A stretch of DNA of 64,000 nt from positions 279,040-343,039 of the forward strand of contig LBYD01000001.1 of assembly GCA_000995965.1 (NCBI GenBank), in the 5' to 3' direction. Positions within the stretch are counted from its first letter, which is position 1, and every line of letters begins with the position of its first letter. The notes beneath the pieces are model-generated. The model saw only the letters and a list, made by a program, of their open reading frames with translations, was not told where the DNA came from and made no database searches. Origin of the DNA: Candidatus Moranbacteria bacterium GW2011_GWC2_40_12 (GTDB taxonomy: Bacteria; Patescibacteriota; Minisyncoccia; Moranbacterales; UBA11712). Shown here one piece after another: positions 45,666 to 55,258 of this stretch. The translations under genes and the position numbers were made by a program.

Positions 45666-47417
45666 TCACCAGCTTCCTCCGCCTCCGCCACCGAATCCAC
45701 CGCCACCTCCCCCTCCGGAAAAACCGGAACCGCCGCCGGATGCTGAAGATGGCTGGCTGGCCATGGCCGTCCCGGCTGTATTCGAAAAATCATTTATCAG
45801 GCTTGATAAAATTATAGCATTGAAAGCCCGCCCAGACGAATCCTCGTACCAGTCCGGCTGCTGGTTGTATATTCCTTCAAATTGCTTCGCCCATTCTTTT
45901 TCAACCCCAAGAACCATCGCGTAGGGTAGAAATCTTTCGAACATCTGGGGATTTTTCTCGGGCGCGTTATGAAATTTCAACCGATCCGTTTCCGTGACAG
46001 AGAGAAAATCCTTGAATCCCAGAATATTTTCCTTGATCCCGGCGCCTTTTTTGGTCACCGCCGGCATCAGCCAGCCAAAGATTGCTATGATTATCGTCGA
46101 GACAATCCCGCTAAACACTCCCCATCCTCCCTGAAGATTGCCGAAAATCACTGTGAGGAATACTCCGCCGATTATCCCGCCAATAAGCCAACCAGCTCTC
46201 GTACTATTCGGATTTGAAACATAATATCCTTTTTCTGTGATGCCCTTATAAAGCTGGTCTTTTACCGCCGCGAGGGTTTTGAAAAATTTGTTTTTGAGAT
46301 CCGATAATTTCTTTTCTTTATCCCCATTGAAGATTCCCTTCATCACTTCTTTTTCAAAATCCCGCGTCGGCTCTTCATCCTTGATTTTAATAAACGTATA
46401 ATCCTTGCTTTTCGTCCCGAAAAATCCCTTTTCCTCCGTGCGTTTGATTTTCAAGAATTTGTTGACAGCCAGATCAATGATTGTCGAAGAAACATCCTTG
46501 TTGTCCGCCGAACCATCCATCATTGTTCCGATTTCCGCCGGCGCGAGCTTGTCCGGCGGTTCATATTGCGCGATGATTGTCCCCCGCCCTTTCGGGTCAC
46601 GGCCCTTTTTGCTCCAAAGGCGATACATAAAGACAAAAACAATGATTGGAAAAAATAGCGTCCAGTTATCGCGCGCGATATCCATAATTTTTACCCTAGA
46701 GCTCAGCTCTAGGGTAATTCCTTTCGGCCAGCCGGCGACAATCGTCATCCCTTCGCCGGGATTGATTATTCCCGTTGATTTATATTCTAAAATATTTCCG
46801 CTCGCGCTTGCCACGCATTCATTCGTGGTCCCAAAAACTCCTTCAAAGCATTTGTACTGCAAATTTTCTATGGCGTTTTCTGGAAGAATAATTTTGAGCG
46901 CTGCGCTCTCAATGGGGACTGGCCATTTGTCGCCCGTGAAGTTCCAATAAAGCTCATCGTGATCTGGGAAAAAATTCACCGCCCGACGAATTACGTAACT
47001 AATTACGTAATTCTTCGTCCCGCTGACGTATTTGTCCGCGTCGCCGATTTGAAATTTTATATTCTCGCCCTCGTAATCCGTGGTGAAATTATACGGCGCG
47101 CCGTTTTCGTCCGTGATTTTCATGTTCGAAACCCGCAAATTATAATTCCCTCCCCGCGCTTTGTATTTCACCGGAATGAACCGGAAAATTCCGTGCTTCT
47201 GCTGGTCGCCAAAGTCATAAGCGATAGTCTCTTTTACATCAATCGTGCTGTCTGAGTTTATTCGGATATCGCCGATGAAATTTATGATTTTCTCGGTGCT
47301 AGGATAACTTTGTGCAAAAGATGAATTTAAGGAAAATATAAGAAATAAGAAACAAGAAATAAGAAAAATTGGAAATTTTTTATTTCTTCTATTTATTTTT
47401 TCTATTTTATTTCTCAT
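45666..47417 (-). CDS. DUF2207-like membrane protein (large extracytoplasmic N-domain, C-terminal TM pair, Gly-rich tail)
   Basis: signal peptide, ...GGGSGFSGGGGGGGFGGGGGGSW tail; carries in-frame PE-C palindrome (TLELSSRV). Confidence 0.65.
   Translation of the reverse strand: MRNKIEKINRRNKKFPIFLISCFLFLIFSLNSSFAQSYPSTEKIINFIGDIRINSDSTIDVKETIAYDFGDQQKHGIFRFIPVKYKARGGNYNLRVSNMKITDENGAPYNFTTDYEGENIKFQIGDADKYVSGTKNYVISYVIRRAVNFFPDHDELYWNFTGDKWPVPIESAALKIILPENAIENLQYKCFEGVFGTTNECVASASGNILEYKSTGIINPGEGMTIVAGWPKGITLELSSRVKIMDIARDNWTLFFPIIVFVFMYRLWSKKGRDPKGRGTIIAQYEPPDKLAPAEIGTMMDGSADNKDVSSTIIDLAVNKFLKIKRTEEKGFFGTKSKDYTFIKIKDEEPTRDFEKEVMKGIFNGDKEKKLSDLKNKFFKTLAAVKDQLYKGITEKGYYVSNPNSTRAGWLIGGIIGGVFLTVIFGNLQGGWGVFSGIVSTIIIAIFGWLMPAVTKKGAGIKENILGFKDFLSVTETDRLKFHNAPEKNPQMFERFLPYAMVLGVEKEWAKQFEGIYNQQPDWYEDSSGRAFNAIILSSLINDFSNTAGTAMASQPSSASGGGSGFSGGGGGGGFGGGGGGSW
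46691..46717. repeat. PE-C: palindrome TTACCCTAGAGCT-C-AGCTCTAGGGTAA in-frame in DUF2207 gene
   Basis: identical 25-nt core also inside secA at 55354-55378. Confidence 0.8.
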
Positions 47418-47429
47418 TTCTTATATTGA

Positions 47430-47795
47430 TTAGAATCTCGCGTTTTCATCAACTACCATTTTTTTCTTGAGCGAGCGGCCGCCGCGGCGGCGGAGGGTCG
47501 TGATTTTGTCCTTGTCCCTTTCAATTTGCGATTCCAGGCTTTCATAGACACTGTCTATTGAACCCTCGACTGACACAGTTGTATCTTCCCCCCGATATTT
47601 TTGATAAGGCGTTTGAAGCATCACTTCCACACGGAATTTTCCTTTTTTGTCGAGATTTATTTCCACTTCGGCCGAAATTTCAGCGTCTTTGCGAAAAGAC
47701 TCGAAGAATTTTCCAAGTTTCTCGACTTTTTCCCTGACATAACTTTCTGTCCTCCCGTCAATTTTGACCTCCTTGAAAAGAAATCTGATATTCAT
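47430..47795 (-). CDS. hpf: ribosome hibernation promoting factor (HPF/RaiA)
   Basis: sigma-54 modulation protein fold; KFFESFRKD...VEVML. Confidence 0.85.
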   Translation of the reverse strand: MNIRFLFKEVKIDGRTESYVREKVEKLGKFFESFRKDAEISAEVEINLDKKGKFRVEVMLQTPYQKYRGEDTTVSVEGSIDSVYESLESQIERDKDKITTLRRRGGRSLKKKMVVDENARF

Positions 47796-47920
47796 GAATT
47801 CTTTACTAATTACGAATTAAATACGAATATACGAATTTTAAATGAAGAATGCTTACACAATGATAATACGCTCTACATTACACATTATTCGTACATTCGT
47901 AAAGATTCGTAATTCGTAAA
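47796..47920. repeat. variant copy of the TACGAAT-rich element between smc stop and hpf start
   Basis: ttactaattacgaattaaatacgaatatacgaa...atacgctctaca...ttcgtacattcgtaaagattcgtaattcgtaaag. Confidence 0.6.
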
Positions 47921-47922
47921 GA

Positions 47923-50259
47923 TCATTTTATTTCCCCTTTTTCATCCACCTGATCCAGTTTCACCGAAAGAACCTTGGAAACTCCGTCTGCACTCATAGT
48001 CACGCCATAAAGAACCGACGCCTGCCGCATAGTTTCCCGGTTATGCGTGATAAGGATGAACTGCGTTTCACTCGAAAGCTCATTGAGAATCCGGCTGAAC
48101 CTTTTGGAGTTGGCTTCGTCGAGCGCCGCTTCAACCTCGTCGAGGACCGTAAACGGAGGGGGGCTGTTGGAGATAATGGCAAAAAGCAAGGCGAGGGAGG
48201 TCAGCGCCCTTTCTCCTCCGGAAAGCATATTGAGCGTGGAAATTCTTTTCCCCGGGGGGCAGGCCTTGATTTCAATACCCAGCTCTTTTGGCTGATCTTC
48301 CTCGACTTCCGCCTCCTTTTCATCGGCCTCATCTTTGCCATTTTCATCTTCCGTCTTGTCCGCTTCAATATCCCCGATATTTCTTCTCGCTTCTATTTTT
48401 GTTTTCACGAGCTCCGCGCCGCCGCCGCCGAAGATAATTTTGAAATACTTCGAAAATTCAGAGTTTACTTTTTTGAAGGCTTCTTCAAAAGATTCCTTGA
48501 TCCTGTCGTCCATTTCTTTGATAACTTCCTTGAGAGTCAGCATTGATTTTTCAAGATCTTCTGACTGGCTAGTGAGAAAATCATATCTTTTTTGTGTTTC
48601 TTCAAATTCTTCGATTATCATCGGGTCGATCGCGCCGATTTGTTCGGCCTGGATTTTGAGCCGGTTTATCTCCCTTTCAAGCGCGTCAGAATCGGAAAAT
48701 ATTTCAGATTCTTTCGGCTTTTCAATTAGATTGGGATCGCTTATATTCAGATCTTCCCGCATTCGTTTGGCCATATCTTCTTCGCGCACTTCGATTTTTG
48801 CCATTTCTACTCGAATTTCGTTCAATTTCTCCCGGATGCGTGAAATTTCAAACTGCTTTTCGCGAAGTTCCGACTCCATTCGAAAATACGATTCGCGGGC
48901 CTCCCGGTCCGCCTTAATCATATTGTCGATCTCGCGGCGATTTTCTTCAATAGCCCGGCCCAGCTCCTCTATTTTTTGGTTCGCGGCTTTCTTTTTTTCT
49001 TCAAGTTCGCCAATTGTTTTCAAATTGATGACGTTTTCTTTTTTCGGCAAGTCTTTTCCCGCTTTTTTCTTTCCTTCATTGATTTCCTGATATAGCCGGC
49101 TTATTTCATTGCCGAGAACCCTAAATCCATTTCTTATTTCCTGAAGTTCTGCCATTTCCTTGACTTCCGCCAGCTTTTTTTCCAATTGTCCGTAGTTATC
49201 CTTGAATTTCTTGAATTCGTCCCTGAAATACGGCATATCGACTGGAATTTCCCGGATCATCTCGAAATTTTTGGCTTTCTCTTTTTCAATTTCTATTTTT
49301 GCGCCTAGCATCGCCGCCTCTTGCCTGATATTGTTTATATTTTCAAAAATTTCATTCCGTCTATTCTCAAGCCTCGCGCGTTTTTCGTCAAACGCCGTAT
49401 CATTTTTCGCTTCTTTTTTTATTTTTATTTCCAAATCGTCAAGAAGGCGCTGAATTTTCATCTCTTCGCGGCTCACTTCCTCCCTTTCGGACAATATTCT
49501 GAGTTTATTTCTTTGAAGCTCATGCCACAAGAATCCAAAGTAAAAATTTTGTTTTTCCTTGAGTTCCCGCGACACGCCTTCGCCTCTTTTGGCTTTTTCC
49601 GACTGGCGCTTTAGCACCCGAAGATGAGGGGCGATTTCTTTTATGAGGTCGGCAACTCTCGCAAGATTCTGGCGGGTCGATTCAAGTTTCCGGGCAGAAC
49701 GATCTTTTTTGAGCTGGTATGGTTTCACTCCGGCTGCCTCTTCAAGAATAACTCTCCGCTCGACAGGCGAGGCGTTCAATACAGAATCGGCCATACCTTG
49801 ATTGATAATGCAATAGCTTCTCTGCCCAATGCCGGCTTTTGCTAAAAGGTCGGCAATGTCAATAAGACGCACTTTCGAGTTGTTGATGAAATATTCCCCT
49901 TCGCCGCTCCGGTATACTTTTCTCGAGATAATTACCTCTTCAAACTCAATCGGAATTTGCTTATCGGAATTGTCAAAAAAAAGAGAAACTTTGGCGCTTC
50001 CAAGCTGGGCTTTTTTTCCGCTGCCGGCAAAAATCACGTCTTCCGATTTCTTTCCGCGGATATTTTTGAGTGATTGTTCGCCCATCGCCCATTTTACGGC
50101 ATCGGCCACATTTGACTTTCCGCTTCCATTTGGGCCAACAATGGCTGTAACTCCGCAAGCTTTTCCGTTTTCCGCAATATTGCACGACGGCAAAAAATCC
50201 AAGACTGTCTTGGTCGCAAATGATTTAAAACCAGTGAGTTCAATACGCTTTAGGTACAA
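47923..50259 (-). CDS. smc: chromosome segregation SMC-family ATPase (short, 778 aa)
   Basis: Walker A GPNGSGKSN, long coiled coils, C-terminal LSGGERALTSLALLFAI...D-loop. Confidence 0.85.
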   Translation of the reverse strand: MYLKRIELTGFKSFATKTVLDFLPSCNIAENGKACGVTAIVGPNGSGKSNVADAVKWAMGEQSLKNIRGKKSEDVIFAGSGKKAQLGSAKVSLFFDNSDKQIPIEFEEVIISRKVYRSGEGEYFINNSKVRLIDIADLLAKAGIGQRSYCIINQGMADSVLNASPVERRVILEEAAGVKPYQLKKDRSARKLESTRQNLARVADLIKEIAPHLRVLKRQSEKAKRGEGVSRELKEKQNFYFGFLWHELQRNKLRILSEREEVSREEMKIQRLLDDLEIKIKKEAKNDTAFDEKRARLENRRNEIFENINNIRQEAAMLGAKIEIEKEKAKNFEMIREIPVDMPYFRDEFKKFKDNYGQLEKKLAEVKEMAELQEIRNGFRVLGNEISRLYQEINEGKKKAGKDLPKKENVINLKTIGELEEKKKAANQKIEELGRAIEENRREIDNMIKADREARESYFRMESELREKQFEISRIREKLNEIRVEMAKIEVREEDMAKRMREDLNISDPNLIEKPKESEIFSDSDALEREINRLKIQAEQIGAIDPMIIEEFEETQKRYDFLTSQSEDLEKSMLTLKEVIKEMDDRIKESFEEAFKKVNSEFSKYFKIIFGGGGAELVKTKIEARRNIGDIEADKTEDENGKDEADEKEAEVEEDQPKELGIEIKACPPGKRISTLNMLSGGERALTSLALLFAIISNSPPPFTVLDEVEAALDEANSKRFSRILNELSSETQFILITHNRETMRQASVLYGVTMSADGVSKVLSVKLDQVDEKGEIK

Positions 50260-50305
50260 ATTTTTGTTTTAGAGAATTTAGAATTTGGAATTGCGAATGG
50301 GAATA

Positions 50306-50370
50306 GAGAATTGTGAATTTAGAATTCCAAATCCTATATTTATATTCTCAATTCTAAATTCACAATTCTC
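50306..50370. repeat. long inverted repeat: 21-nt arms GAGAATTGTGAATTTAGAATT / AATTCTAAATTCACAATTCTC separated by 23 nt, between rnc and smc
   Basis: perfect 21-bp complementary arms; embedded in GAATT-rich direct repeats. Confidence 0.6.
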
Positions 50371-50380
50371 AATTCTATTT

Positions 50381-51073
50381 TTACCATCCTTTCGCCTCGA
50401 GACCGGCTCTCGCTGCTTCTCTTTGCGCCTGCTGCTTTGAATTTCCTTCGCCTCGGGCCACTTCTTCGTCTTCAAGATAAACTCCAACAATGAATTTTTT
50501 GTCATGGTCCGGTCCGGATTCGGAAATCACTCGATAATTCGGGGTTATTCCAGCCCGGGCCTGGGATTCTTCTTGAAAATTGGATTTGGGATCAATATAT
50601 AATTTCCTTTTTATGACTTCTTCGAGTCGGGACAGGATATTTTCTGATATGAATTTTTTGGCCGCGTCGTATCCTCGATCGAGATAAATCGCTCCGATGA
50701 TCGCTTCAAACGCGTTGGCGAGAAGATATTCCCGCGCCCGGCCTGTATCTTTGGCTTCACCGCGGCTCATTTGCAAATATCCCTCGACGCCCAATTCGCG
50801 CGAAACCTTCGAGAGCATATCCTTGTTCACGAGCGCCGCCCGCCAGTTGGTAAGTTCGCCCTCGGGATTGGGAAAATTGAGATAGAGATAATCCGTCACC
50901 ACCAATTCCAAAACTGCGTCGCCTAAAAATTCGAGCCGTTCATTGTGGTCAAGCTTATAGCTGCGGTGCTCGTTGATGTACGAGCGGTGAGTCACAGCGG
51001 TTCGCAAAAGATCGATATTTTTGAGTTTTATTTTTATTTTCTTCTCGAGTTCTTCGATATTTTTGACAGTCAT
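50381..51073 (-). CDS. rnc: ribonuclease III
   Basis: ERLEFLGDAVLELVVTDYLY signature, C-terminal dsRBD. Confidence 0.9.
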   Translation of the reverse strand: MTVKNIEELEKKIKIKLKNIDLLRTAVTHRSYINEHRSYKLDHNERLEFLGDAVLELVVTDYLYLNFPNPEGELTNWRAALVNKDMLSKVSRELGVEGYLQMSRGEAKDTGRAREYLLANAFEAIIGAIYLDRGYDAAKKFISENILSRLEEVIKRKLYIDPKSNFQEESQARAGITPNYRVISESGPDHDKKFIVGVYLEDEEVARGEGNSKQQAQREAARAGLEAKGW

Positions 51074-51074
51074 A

Positions 51075-51170
51075 GCATGACTGTAATTGGTAATTTGTAA
51101 TCGGTAATTGGGGATTTTAAAAATATCCTAATTACGAATTACTAATTACGAATTACTAATTACTTAAAAA
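51075..51170. repeat. GTAATT/TACGAAT-type repeat block between nusB stop and rnc start
   Basis: gtaattggtaatttgtaatcggtaattgggg...cctaattacgaattactaattacgaattactaattac. Confidence 0.55.
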
Positions 51171-51172
51171 AA

Positions 51173-51658
51173 TTATTTATTATTTTCAGATTTATCCCTT
51201 TCTTTTTCTTCCTTTTCCGCTTTATCCTCCTTCATCGGTTCTCCCATCTCACGATATATTGTCCCAAGGACACCGTTCACAAACCGGCCTGACGATTCCC
51301 CGCCGTAGGTTTTGGCAAGTTCAATCGCTTCATTGATGGCCACCTTTGGCGGAACTTCTTCGTAATTTCCAAAAACCAGCTCAAAGATCCCCAAACGCAG
51401 GACATTGCGGTCCACGACCGTCACTTGCTCGAGCGGCCATTCAGGCGCGCATTTTTCGATGAGTTTATCTATCTTTGGCTGATTTTTGAGAACGCCGTTC
51501 ACCAGATAGTGCACGAAAGAAATATCTTCGGCTCCCGGACCGAATTCCTGTACATTGCGCGCCATGATTTCAGGAGCCGTTTCCTTTTTCTTTCCCTTGA
51601 AATCCCATTCGTAGAGGGACTGCATGGCGATGCTTCGGAGTAGGTGGCGATTAGCCAT
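51173..51658 (-). CDS. nusB: transcription antitermination factor NusB
   Basis: NusB fold; [13 protein letters not shown]... Confidence 0.85.
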   Translation of the reverse strand: MANRHLLRSIAMQSLYEWDFKGKKKETAPEIMARNVQEFGPGAEDISFVHYLVNGVLKNQPKIDKLIEKCAPEWPLEQVTVVDRNVLRLGIFELVFGNYEEVPPKVAINEAIELAKTYGGESSGRFVNGVLGTIYREMGEPMKEDKAEKEEKERDKSENNK

Positions 51659-51732
51659 AAAATTAGAAATTTTTCAACTTGGAATATTCAATATTCAAAA
51701 AAATCTTCAACTTGTCAAATTTCAACGGCAAA

Positions 51733-52929
51733 TCATTTGAAAACCAGTCTGCAAAAATGCAACTTACCGATCTTTATATCTTTGCCACTATGATTTTTTT
51801 TGTTCAATTCATAATTGAAATCCGTTATTCTATCACCGTCAATTTTCACCCCTCCCTGTTCAATTTTTCTCCTTGCATCGGACAAACTTTTTGCATAACC
51901 AAAATATACCATTAAATCAATCAGTTTGGTTTTTGGCCTAAAAATCTCGATAACGTCAATGGCGTTCGGAGATTTTCTTTCCTGAAATACCGTTATAAAT
52001 TCTTTCTGCGCCTTCTGCGCAGCTCTTTCCCCGTGATATTTCTTTGCTATTTCAAAGGCCAGCTTCATTTTTGTGTCTCGAGGATTTGACTTCTCTGCCA
52101 TTATCTTATCAATTTCATTTTTTTCCAAATCCGTTGCCAGCTCAAAATATTCCTTCATCGCCGAGTCCGGAATAGACATGGTTTTCCCGTACATTTGAAC
52201 CGCTGATTCGGCAATTCCAATATAATTGTCGAGTGACTTGCTCATTTTTTCTTTCCCGTCCGTTCCGACCAGAATTTTCAATATGATCAGCGCTTGGGGA
52301 TCCTGCCCGAATTTTTGCTGATAGTGCCGTCCGAAAAGTTCGTTGAATTTTTGATCGTTCCCGAGAAGAACCACATCCGCGCATAGTTCAGCGCTGTCAT
52401 ATCCCTGCATAATCGGATAAACCAGCTCATGGAGCCCGACATCTCGTCCTGATTTCATCCGCTTCTGAAACATGTCTCTTTCTAAAATCCTCGCCGCCGT
52501 AGTCATAGTCATCAGCATCAGAAATTCATAAAAACTCATTTTTGAAAACCACTCGGAATTATATTTTATTTCGAGAAGGCTTTTTTCCGTTTTTAAGATT
52601 TTTGACGCCTGTTTTACATAAGTTTTTGCGTTATTTTTGATTTCCGCGTCGGTCATTACCGGACGGGTTTTGTCCTGTCCCGTCGGATCTCCGATTTTCG
52701 AGGTGGCATCCCCGATCAAAAACATGACTTTGTGCCCCAAATCCTGAAATTCGCGCATTTTGCGGAGCGCCACGGCATGCCCCAAATGCAAATCCGGCCT
52801 CGTGGGATCGGCTCCGAATTTCACTATCAATTTTTTTCCGGATGTGAGCTTTTTTTCGAGCTCTTTTCGGCCAATAATTTCCGCCACGCCGCCTTCCGAA
52901 AGAAGCTTCCTGATTTTTTCGCTGCTCAT
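51733..52929 (-). CDS. tyrS: tyrosyl-tRNA synthetase
   Basis: HIGH (HLGH), KMSKS, C-terminal S4 domain. Confidence 0.9.
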   Translation of the reverse strand: MSSEKIRKLLSEGGVAEIIGRKELEKKLTSGKKLIVKFGADPTRPDLHLGHAVALRKMREFQDLGHKVMFLIGDATSKIGDPTGQDKTRPVMTDAEIKNNAKTYVKQASKILKTEKSLLEIKYNSEWFSKMSFYEFLMLMTMTTAARILERDMFQKRMKSGRDVGLHELVYPIMQGYDSAELCADVVLLGNDQKFNELFGRHYQQKFGQDPQALIILKILVGTDGKEKMSKSLDNYIGIAESAVQMYGKTMSIPDSAMKEYFELATDLEKNEIDKIMAEKSNPRDTKMKLAFEIAKKYHGERAAQKAQKEFITVFQERKSPNAIDVIEIFRPKTKLIDLMVYFGYAKSLSDARRKIEQGGVKIDGDRITDFNYELNKKNHSGKDIKIGKLHFCRLVFK

Positions 52930-52981
52930 AATTTTCCTTTTTCTCTTTTCAGATCATACCACTTCCCGTCTTTTTTTTCAA

Positions 52982-53758
52982 TCATTGAGAAACTTGCGCC
53001 TTCCGGGGATCAACCCACAGGGTATCAAGGTCCACGATATAATAACTGCCCATATTGCTCTCAAGCGTGAGAGGATTTCCAACTGTGTATTTCACGCCGT
53101 TATGCGTGTTGAAATATTGCGCGTGCCAATGACCCGCAAGCGCCAGCTTTACTTTTCCGCCATCACTGAACCATTTTTCCGCCTCCCGATATGCCTTATA
53201 GATCGAATCGTCGCGCCTGTCAAAGAATGGATAATGCATCAGGGCAAGGACGGGCTTGTCTGTTTCCTCCAAAAGATTCTCCAGCCATTTCTGCTCGGCA
53301 TTTCTCATCCCGCCTTCTTTGACTGAAAGCCGTTGGGAATTGTCGAGGGCGACTATTCTCCAGCCATAGCGGTCAATGAAATAATAACTCTTTTTTTGTT
53401 TCATATATTTTTCCACCGCCCCCTCGCTATCATGGTTTCCCCTCGCCCAAACCATCTCCATGCCCTTTTCCCTGATCATTGATCTTATTCTTTTCGCATA
53501 TTTTGTTTGCCTGCTTTTATCCGTTAAATCACCGGAAATTATGACAGTTTGAATCCCTTCGTTTTTCATTTCCCTCAGAACTTGAGAGAGATATTTTTTA
53601 TATTCCCTTGGATAAAAAATATTCACCGGGCTTTTCTTTTTTTTCTTGGCTGATCCGGCATGAATGTCGGTTATCCAGCCAATTTTCTCGGCGTGTGAAA
53701 AAAGAGGAGAAAGAAGTGCCAACAAAACAAAAATTATTGTGAGTTTCTTGAATTTCAT
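52982..53758 (-). CDS. calcineurin-like metallophosphoesterase (secreted)
   Basis: signal peptide; DIHAG, GDLTD, GNHD motifs. Confidence 0.8.
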   Translation of the reverse strand: MKFKKLTIIFVLLALLSPLFSHAEKIGWITDIHAGSAKKKKKSPVNIFYPREYKKYLSQVLREMKNEGIQTVIISGDLTDKSRQTKYAKRIRSMIREKGMEMVWARGNHDSEGAVEKYMKQKKSYYFIDRYGWRIVALDNSQRLSVKEGGMRNAEQKWLENLLEETDKPVLALMHYPFFDRRDDSIYKAYREAEKWFSDGGKVKLALAGHWHAQYFNTHNGVKYTVGNPLTLESNMGSYYIVDLDTLWVDPRKAQVSQ

Positions 53759-54393
53759 TTTTTTATATTATCATATTCCTTCTTCCAAAGAAATCTCCCT
53801 TTCTGGAATTCTTTTTTCAGCCTTCCTTTCACGGCTTTCAGAAATTTTTTTAATTCCGAAAAATCGGCGACTGCCTCGTCCGGATATGTCGCGATCAGCT
53901 CGGGAAAATCGTATTTTTCATGTCCCGCTTCAATGAGATGAATTGTCGTTTCGATTTTGTCGAGCGCTTTCACGAACTTTGCTTCCCTCGTGCGGCTGTT
54001 CTCATAATCTTGCCACAAATCAAATATTTCTTTTCCAAGTTTTTGAGGAAGCGTTTTTCGAATTTTCAGCATAGCTTTCCGCTCCCGCGCGTTTTTTTCT
54101 TTTTTTGACATTTTGCCAAAAAAAATCAGCCGATAGTCAATTTCGCCCGTGAGCCCTTCGGCAATATCGTGGACCAGCGCGATCTTCATCGCCCGCTCAA
54201 TGTTTATTTTCAGTTTCAATTCCCCGGCAACCGTGAAAACCAAGAGCGCCAATCTCCAGGAATGATCCGCCGAAGAATCCCCTTTGATTTTTTTCGCCGC
54301 CGAAAACCGGATTGCCTGCTTGAGTTTTCCGGCAATTTCGAAGAAATCAAGAAGTTTTTCTCTATTCTTCTGATTATTTTGCATTATAATCAC
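53755..54393 (-). CDS. HD-domain phosphohydrolase (YfbR-like)
   Basis: H...HD...D motif (HSWRLA...VHDIAE...D). Confidence 0.75.
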   Translation of the reverse strand: MIIMQNNQKNREKLLDFFEIAGKLKQAIRFSAAKKIKGDSSADHSWRLALLVFTVAGELKLKINIERAMKIALVHDIAEGLTGEIDYRLIFFGKMSKKEKNARERKAMLKIRKTLPQKLGKEIFDLWQDYENSRTREAKFVKALDKIETTIHLIEAGHEKYDFPELIATYPDEAVADFSELKKFLKAVKGRLKKEFQKGRFLWKKEYDNIKK

Positions 54394-54671
54394 AGTCCCA
54401 ATTTTTCTTTCGCCATTTTCATCTGCTCATCCGTCAATTGCCCTGATTTTTTCATCTGCTCCATTGCGGCGATGATTTTATCTTTGTTTTTGGCGATATT
54501 TTCCGGCGCGAGAGCCTTTTGCATCAGCTTTTCGCGCTCTTTCGGATCCATTTTTTCAAGCTTTTTCATCGCCAGCCGCTGAAGTATGCCCATTTTCGGG
54601 GCGTCATTATTCTCATCGCTGAATTTTTTCTTTTTCCAAAACATTATTTTTTTCCTATTACTTGTATCCAA
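54390..54671 (-). CDS. hypothetical small K/E-rich protein
   Basis: 93-aa ORF overlapping neighbours by 4 and 28 nt. Confidence 0.35.
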   Translation of the reverse strand: MDTSNRKKIMFWKKKKFSDENNDAPKMGILQRLAMKKLEKMDPKEREKLMQKALAPENIAKNKDKIIAAMEQMKKSGQLTDEQMKMAKEKLGL

Positions 54672-55252
54672 TTTGTATTCCCCAGATCAGTGACAGCCTC
54701 ATGCACAATCTTCAGCCCGATTTCTTTCATATAGCCGATAATTTCGTCTTTTGAAAAATAGCTGAAAAATCTTTCATATTCGTATCCATAGTCATTTTCT
54801 AATACTACTTCTTCTTCCTGACCGTTTTTTCTTTTTTCTTTGACCGCGATATATAAATATCCGCCTTTTTTCAGTTTTTTGGCTACCTTTTCCAAAACAG
54901 GAATAATCTTTTTTTTGGGTATATGAAGCAGTACCGCTTGCATAAAAATACCGTCGAAAGTTTCTTTCAAATTTTCAATATCATCCAAGTCCAAAACCAT
55001 GAACCGGCCGGCGGGAACTTCTTTTTTGGCGATTTTTATCATCTCTTTGGAAAAATCAATCCCGACAACCTCTAATCCTTTTCCAATCAAATATTTTGAT
55101 TTTGTTCCAGCTCCGCAACCAACGTCGAGAACCAGATCATTTTCCGCAAGAAGCGAAACAAATTTGTCAGTCCCGACAACCCACCACTCGTCTTTTTGAT
55201 GGTCCTTGTGCCAGTCTTTCGCAATTTTATTATAGGTATCTTTCAAATCCAT
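54644..55252 (-). CDS. class I SAM-dependent methyltransferase
   Basis: motif I VLDVGCGAGTKS, motif II-III spacing. Confidence 0.8.
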   Translation of the reverse strand: MDLKDTYNKIAKDWHKDHQKDEWWVVGTDKFVSLLAENDLVLDVGCGAGTKSKYLIGKGLEVVGIDFSKEMIKIAKKEVPAGRFMVLDLDDIENLKETFDGIFMQAVLLHIPKKKIIPVLEKVAKKLKKGGYLYIAVKEKRKNGQEEEVVLENDYGYEYERFFSYFSKDEIIGYMKEIGLKIVHEAVTDLGNTNWIQVIGKK

Positions 55253-55258
55253 AAATTC

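Noticed and set aside
45205-47430. AT-rich AAGAAATAAGAAA / TTTCTTATTTCTT inverted motifs flanking the bAvd-DUF2207 pair as possible mobile-element ends
   Set aside because: These are generic Lys-codon/AT-rich runs (also at 27040-27170 and 35465-35550), partly inside coding N-termini, with no defined boundaries or target duplications.
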